Source: an uncultured Clostridia bacterium
GTDB taxonomy: Bacteria > Bacillota > Clostridia > Oscillospirales > CAG-272
Length of the DNA stretch: 64,000 bases
Direction: 5' to 3'
Assembly: GCA_944381115.1 (NCBI GenBank)
Contig: CALWJV010000006.1
Coordinates: 15,559 to 79,558, forward strand
Positions 60,179 through 64,000 of the stretch are shown here, piece after piece; the stretch's first letter is position 1, and each line of letters begins with the position of its first letter. Both the position numbers and the translations under genes were made by a program. The notes under the pieces are model-generated. The model saw only the letters and a program-made list of their open reading frames with translations, did not search any database and was not told the origin of the DNA.

Positions 60179-62464
60179 TCAAAGTTTGTTACGCTGGATC
60201 TTTCCGCTTGTCGTTTTGGGAAGTTCATCTCTGAAAACAACTATTCTCGGGTATTTGTAAGGAGCAGTATGAGTTTTTACGTAATCCTGTATCTCTTTTT
60301 TAAGCGCTTCGGACGGCTCGGTTCCTTTTACAAGAACGACGCTTGCCTTGACGACCTGTCCTCTTACCTCATCAGGAGCGGCGGAAACACCGCATTCGAG
60401 AACATAAGGAAGTTCCATAATAACGCTTTCTATCTCAAACGGACCTATGCGGTAACCGGAAGACTTTATAACGTCGTCAACACGTCCGACATACCAGTAG
60501 AATCCGTCCTCATCGCGCCATGCAACGTCTCCGGTGTGGTAGTAACCGTCGTGGCGTACCTCAGCGGTCTTTTCCGGGTCGTTGTAGTACTCGGTAAACA
60601 GTCCGCATGGAGAGCCGTTGGCAATATTTACAACTATCTCTCCGGACTCACCGACTGCCGCAGGCTTTCCTTCAGGAGTAAGAAGTTCAACATCGTATAT
60701 CGGTGCCGGCTTACCCATGGAACCTATTTTATGCGGAGCACCTGTCAGGTTTCCTATGATCATTGTACTTTCCGACTGACCGAATCCTTCAAGGATCTGA
60801 AGTCCCGTCGCCTTTTCAAACTGTCTGTAAACCTCCGGGTTGAGCGCTTCTCCCGCCGTCGTCATATGCTTAATGGAAGAAAGATCGTATTTTGAGATAT
60901 CTTCCTTTATCATCATACGGAGCATCGTGGGTGGTGCGCAGAATGTCGTGATATTGTATTTTGCAAACATCGGAAGTATATCCGCTGCGTTGAAGCGATC
61001 GAAATCGTATACGAACGTTGCCGCTTCGCAGAGCCACTGACCGTAAAATTTACCCCACATGGCCTTTGCCCATCCAGTATCGGATATGGTAAAGTGGAGC
61101 CCGTCCGGGCAGACGTTGTGCCAATATTTTGCAGTGTGGAAATGACCAAGCGCATATTTATAATTATGAACTGCAATCTTCGGGTATCCCGTCGTTCCCG
61201 AGGTAAAGAACATGAGCATAGTGTCGTCGCCGCCGGGAGTCTGTTCAGTACGTTCGAAATGCGTACTGAAAAGTTCGCATTCTTCGTCAAAATTTCTCCA
61301 ACCTTCGCGGTTTCCGCTGACTATCAGTTTATATACAAGTGTCGGGCATTTATCCGCAACAAAGTCGACCTGCTCGGCAGCGATTCCGTTTCCTGCGCAG
61401 ATTATGGCTTTTACTCCCGCCTTGTTGAAACGATATTCGTAGTCATGAGAAAGAAGTTGATTCATTGCGGGGATCGCAATAGCACCTATCCTGTTAAGCC
61501 CCAAAACAGCATACCAAAACTGATAGTGACGTCCGAGTACCAGCATGACTTTGTCGCCTTTTTTTATACCGAGCGATTTGAAATAGTTGGCCGCCCTGCA
61601 TGAAAGCCTTTTCATATCTTTGAATGTGAATCGAGTCTCCTTTTTATCGGCAGATATATGGAGCATCGCAAGTTTATCTGGTGATTTTTTTGCAATTTCA
61701 TCTATAATATCAAAGGCAAAATTGAATTTTTCAATATTTTTGAATTTAATGGATATCGGGGTACCGTTTTCGTTTTCAACTACATCGACAAACTTTTTGT
61801 ATACACGGTCCTCGGTGTCCTTGCTTACCGACGCTTGTGACTTTGATACCGGTGCTTCAAGTTCCGCATCCGGCTCTCCCGCCGGGTTAAGGACCATCGC
61901 GTAAAAGTAACAATCCTCTCCTCCAATGGCTATCATTCCGTGTGGCGTTGCACTGTCGTAGTAAATAGTATCGCCCGCTCCGAGAATCTCGCTGTGATCC
62001 CCTATCTGCACCTTAAGATGTCCTTTTATAACTATATCGCATTCCTGACCTTCGTGAGTCGTAAGTTCTATTGGCTTTTCCTGAGCCTCTTTGCTGTATT
62101 CACTGCAAACGTACAAAGGCTCGGCTATCCTGTTTTTAAACGAGGGTGCAAGGTTGTAATAAGTCATACCATGCGCCTGTTCGATCTTTTGTCCGCCGCC
62201 GCTTCTTGTAAGCGTATAGGACATCAGTTTCGGGCTTTGTCCCGCTATGATATCAGTAACGTCGACGTTAAAAGCGGCCGCACAACGGTATATAAAAGCA
62301 AAATTAAGATCGGAGTGACCGTTCTCGCATTCTATGTACTCCTGCTCGCTGACATCAGTCTTTACAGCCATCTCGGCCGTACTGAGCCCTTCTATCTCAC
62401 GGAGTTCTTTTATTCTCTCCGCCATTTCCCTGATCTTCAAATCAAGTCCTGTTGCATTTTTCAT
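60179..62464 (-). CDS. Fusion: XRE HTH-cupin plus medium-chain acyl-CoA synthetase
   Basis: RIKELRE...ENG HTH, cupin HEGQE/YYDSATPHGM, then FTSGTTGYPK, DTGWAKAMWGKFYGQW, GFGQSE, YYHTGD, PKTTSGK; ATG 62464 after GGAAAGG. Confidence 0.92.
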   Translation of the reverse strand: MKNATGLDLKIREMAERIKELREIEGLSTAEMAVKTDVSEQEYIECENGHSDLNFAFIYRCAAAFNVDVTDIIAGQSPKLMSYTLTRSGGGQKIEQAHGMTYYNLAPSFKNRIAEPLYVCSEYSKEAQEKPIELTTHEGQECDIVIKGHLKVQIGDHSEILGAGDTIYYDSATPHGMIAIGGEDCYFYAMVLNPAGEPDAELEAPVSKSQASVSKDTEDRVYKKFVDVVENENGTPISIKFKNIEKFNFAFDIIDEIAKKSPDKLAMLHISADKKETRFTFKDMKRLSCRAANYFKSLGIKKGDKVMLVLGRHYQFWYAVLGLNRIGAIAIPAMNQLLSHDYEYRFNKAGVKAIICAGNGIAAEQVDFVADKCPTLVYKLIVSGNREGWRNFDEECELFSTHFERTEQTPGGDDTMLMFFTSGTTGYPKIAVHNYKYALGHFHTAKYWHNVCPDGLHFTISDTGWAKAMWGKFYGQWLCEAATFVYDFDRFNAADILPMFAKYNITTFCAPPTMLRMMIKEDISKYDLSSIKHMTTAGEALNPEVYRQFEKATGLQILEGFGQSESTMIIGNLTGAPHKIGSMGKPAPIYDVELLTPEGKPAAVGESGEIVVNIANGSPCGLFTEYYNDPEKTAEVRHDGYYHTGDVAWRDEDGFYWYVGRVDDVIKSSGYRIGPFEIESVIMELPYVLECGVSAAPDEVRGQVVKASVVLVKGTEPSEALKKEIQDYVKTHTAPYKYPRIVVFRDELPKTTSGKIQRNKL

Positions 62465-62498
62465 AATACATTTCCTTTCCATTTTATGGGAAGCAGAC

Positions 62499-62775
62499 AA
62501 AAAGCCCGTCCCAAAGATTTTCTTTGAGACGAGCCTGAAATTCAAACCCGCGGTACCACTCAAATTGCAGTATAGACTGCCTCCTCAGGGTCAATAAACC
62601 CTTTCGCACTTACGCGGCTGTCACGGGGAGGGTCTACGGAAAATTCTTTCTTCCTCCCGGCTCGGAAGTTACAAACTTCAAGATCTCGTTTAACGGCTTT
62701 CACCATAAAACCCCGTAGAGTTTAATACCGTCTCTCTGCAAAACTACGTTCTCAAGTCCTCTTCGTCAACGCCTT
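62499..62775 (-). ncRNA. T-box riboswitch, probable Val specifier (GUA)
   Basis: Stem I with AGAGA and GGUGAAA, specifier GUA-A at 62672-62669 before closing CUUC, T-box UUGAGUGGUACCGCG (62563-62549), terminator GCUCGUCUCAAAGA/UCUUUGGGACGGGC plus U-tract. Confidence 0.9.
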
Positions 62776-62785
62776 TAATACCAAC

Positions 62786-62814
62786 ATTATAGCACCATAA
62801 TTTCATTTTGTCAA
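62786..62814 (-). promoter_or_regulatory. Consensus sigma-A promoter of the Val T-box operon
   Basis: Minus strand TTGACA-17 bp-TATAAT with TG extension. Confidence 0.85.
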
Positions 62815-62939
62815 TAGTTTTTTTCAAAAAAAATTACCTTTTTCAATCATTTTCAAGATCGGACAAATAAAAAAGAAAAATTTCTAAAAAATTCTTCCTT
62901 TTTATTTTATATTTACCTTTTTTATATAAATTTTTTATA

Positions 62940-63167
62940 TTAACTGTCTTTTTTCGCCGGACCTGAACTGTTTTTTTTATCGATAAACAGTACTGTAACC
63001 AGAATTCCTATAAGCGGGAGCGGCAGATATATAAAATCTGTTACCTTCAGAATATCTTCATTTGAAGGGGCAAATTCCGGAATGAACGATAATATAAATG
63101 CAATAAATACCGTTAACGAAAGTATACCGATAAGTACGTATATCACGGTTTTAAAAACTTTGTTCAT
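62940..63167 (-). CDS. Small hypothetical membrane protein (2 TM)
   Basis: Two hydrophobic segments; AAGGGTG and AAAAGG upstream of ATG. Confidence 0.6.
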   Translation of the reverse strand: MNKVFKTVIYVLIGILSLTVFIAFILSFIPEFAPSNEDILKVTDFIYLPLPLIGILVTVLFIDKKNSSGPAKKDS

Positions 63168-63460
63168 CCTTTTTCACCCTTTCTTTTGTTTATTTTTTTT
63201 AAATCAGTAATTAATTTTATTATGCTTTTTAATTTTTATTTCGTTAATATTTTAACATATTTTTTCTAATTTGTAAAGGTTATAAAATTACATAATAATA
63301 GTATATTAATTGCATATTTTTTTTAAAATCAAAGACTTAAATAAAAAAAATTATATTGAATGTCAAAAAATAAACGAAAATCTTGATTTTACAATCTTTG
63401 ACTTTCGTTTTAAGTTATTAATTTTTGTTATTTTTTATTAAAACAATATAAATGCATAGT

Positions 63461-63904
63461 TCAATCAACTATTTCTGTCTCAGCCGAAAAAAATGACCCA
63501 TTTCCCAGAACAATGATTCTGATTTTGCCTTTCATTACATTTTCATTAACCTGAAGATTCCAAGAAAATTCGCCGTCACTGTTTGACCGTACAGGAGAAA
63601 AACTCATTACATTTCCGTCAGAATCAGGATAATAAAATTTAATGTTATATTCGGTATACCTTTCACCTTTGAACTTAAGAGAAACAGTTTGCCCTGCGAT
63701 AATTCTTTCCGGCAAATTCAATGGTTCAACAGCCTTTCCGACGCATTTAATACCATCATCCCTGTCTCCGGGTACTTCCTGTACAGAAAATTCATCTACT
63801 CTGTAAACAGCAATATTTTCTTCTCTTTTATTAAAGTTTACTATGATCAAACAAAAAAGAACAATTGAAACCGTCAAATGAAAAACCGTCTTTTTAAACA
63901 TCAT
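63461..63904 (-). CDS. Hypothetical exported or membrane-anchored protein
   Basis: N-terminal hydrophobic segment, beta-rich C-terminus, AAGGGGG RBS. Confidence 0.65.
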   Translation of the reverse strand: MMFKKTVFHLTVSIVLFCLIIVNFNKREENIAVYRVDEFSVQEVPGDRDDGIKCVGKAVEPLNLPERIIAGQTVSLKFKGERYTEYNIKFYYPDSDGNVMSFSPVRSNSDGEFSWNLQVNENVMKGKIRIIVLGNGSFFSAETEIVD

Positions 63905-64000
63905 TATCCCCTTTTTGTGTTGTTATATTTTGTTTAAAATTATTTAAGCATATATTTGTAATCTGAAGATTTTAACATTTTTATATTCCAATATCATTAT

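Noticed and set aside
62465-62563. 33-aa N-terminal extension of the XRE-cupin ligase in the ORF track
   Set aside because: Runs through the T-box antiterminator/terminator; the ATG at 62464 has a proper RBS
1-64000. tRNA, rRNA, CRISPR arrays, integrases, transposases, prophage genes
   Set aside because: None recognised by eye; intergenic gaps are short and hold no regularly spaced repeats

Overview
Core-chromosome segment of a low-GC, probably spore-forming Firmicute (Clostridia-like: sigma-A promoters, T-boxes, CtsR operon, yqfC/yqfD/ylbJ). About 1-49 kb is mostly housekeeping: uppP, a GldAFG-like ABC operon, pgk-tpiA, tig-clpP-clpX, yqfC-yqfD-phoH-ybeY-era-recO-thrC, rplS, apgM-lepB-rbgA-rnhB-yraN-mutS2, a small sugar cluster, prs, mazG, a heterodimeric ABC exporter and ctsR-mcsA-mcsB-clpC. 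The most interesting part is a visibly GC-richer 13.5 kb minus-strand block (49.3-62.8 kb) with two T-box-controlled operons. A T-box with an apparent Val (GUA) specifier precedes an XRE-cupin/acyl-CoA synthetase fusion, a P-loop ATPase, a four-subunit Vor-type 2-oxoacid:ferredoxin oxidoreductase and ilvE. A T-box with an apparent Leu (CUC) specifier precedes a LeuA homologue lacking all catalytic motifs but keeping its leucine-binding domain, a TIM-barrel/acyl-CoA synthetase fusion, an amidohydrolase and azlCD. I infer a pathway making Val/Ile/Leu from branched short-chain fatty acids by reductive carboxylation, possibly with the pseudo-LeuA as a leucine sensor. Other oddities: an ABC ATPase with every catalytic motif degenerate, a ~35 aa insertion in PGK, a hairpin separating the tig Shine-Dalgarno from its start codon, and a fold-back structure after a His-less HPr-like gene. 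No rRNA, tRNA, CRISPR array, integrase or transposase was seen. All calls come from motif recognition by eye; no searches were run.
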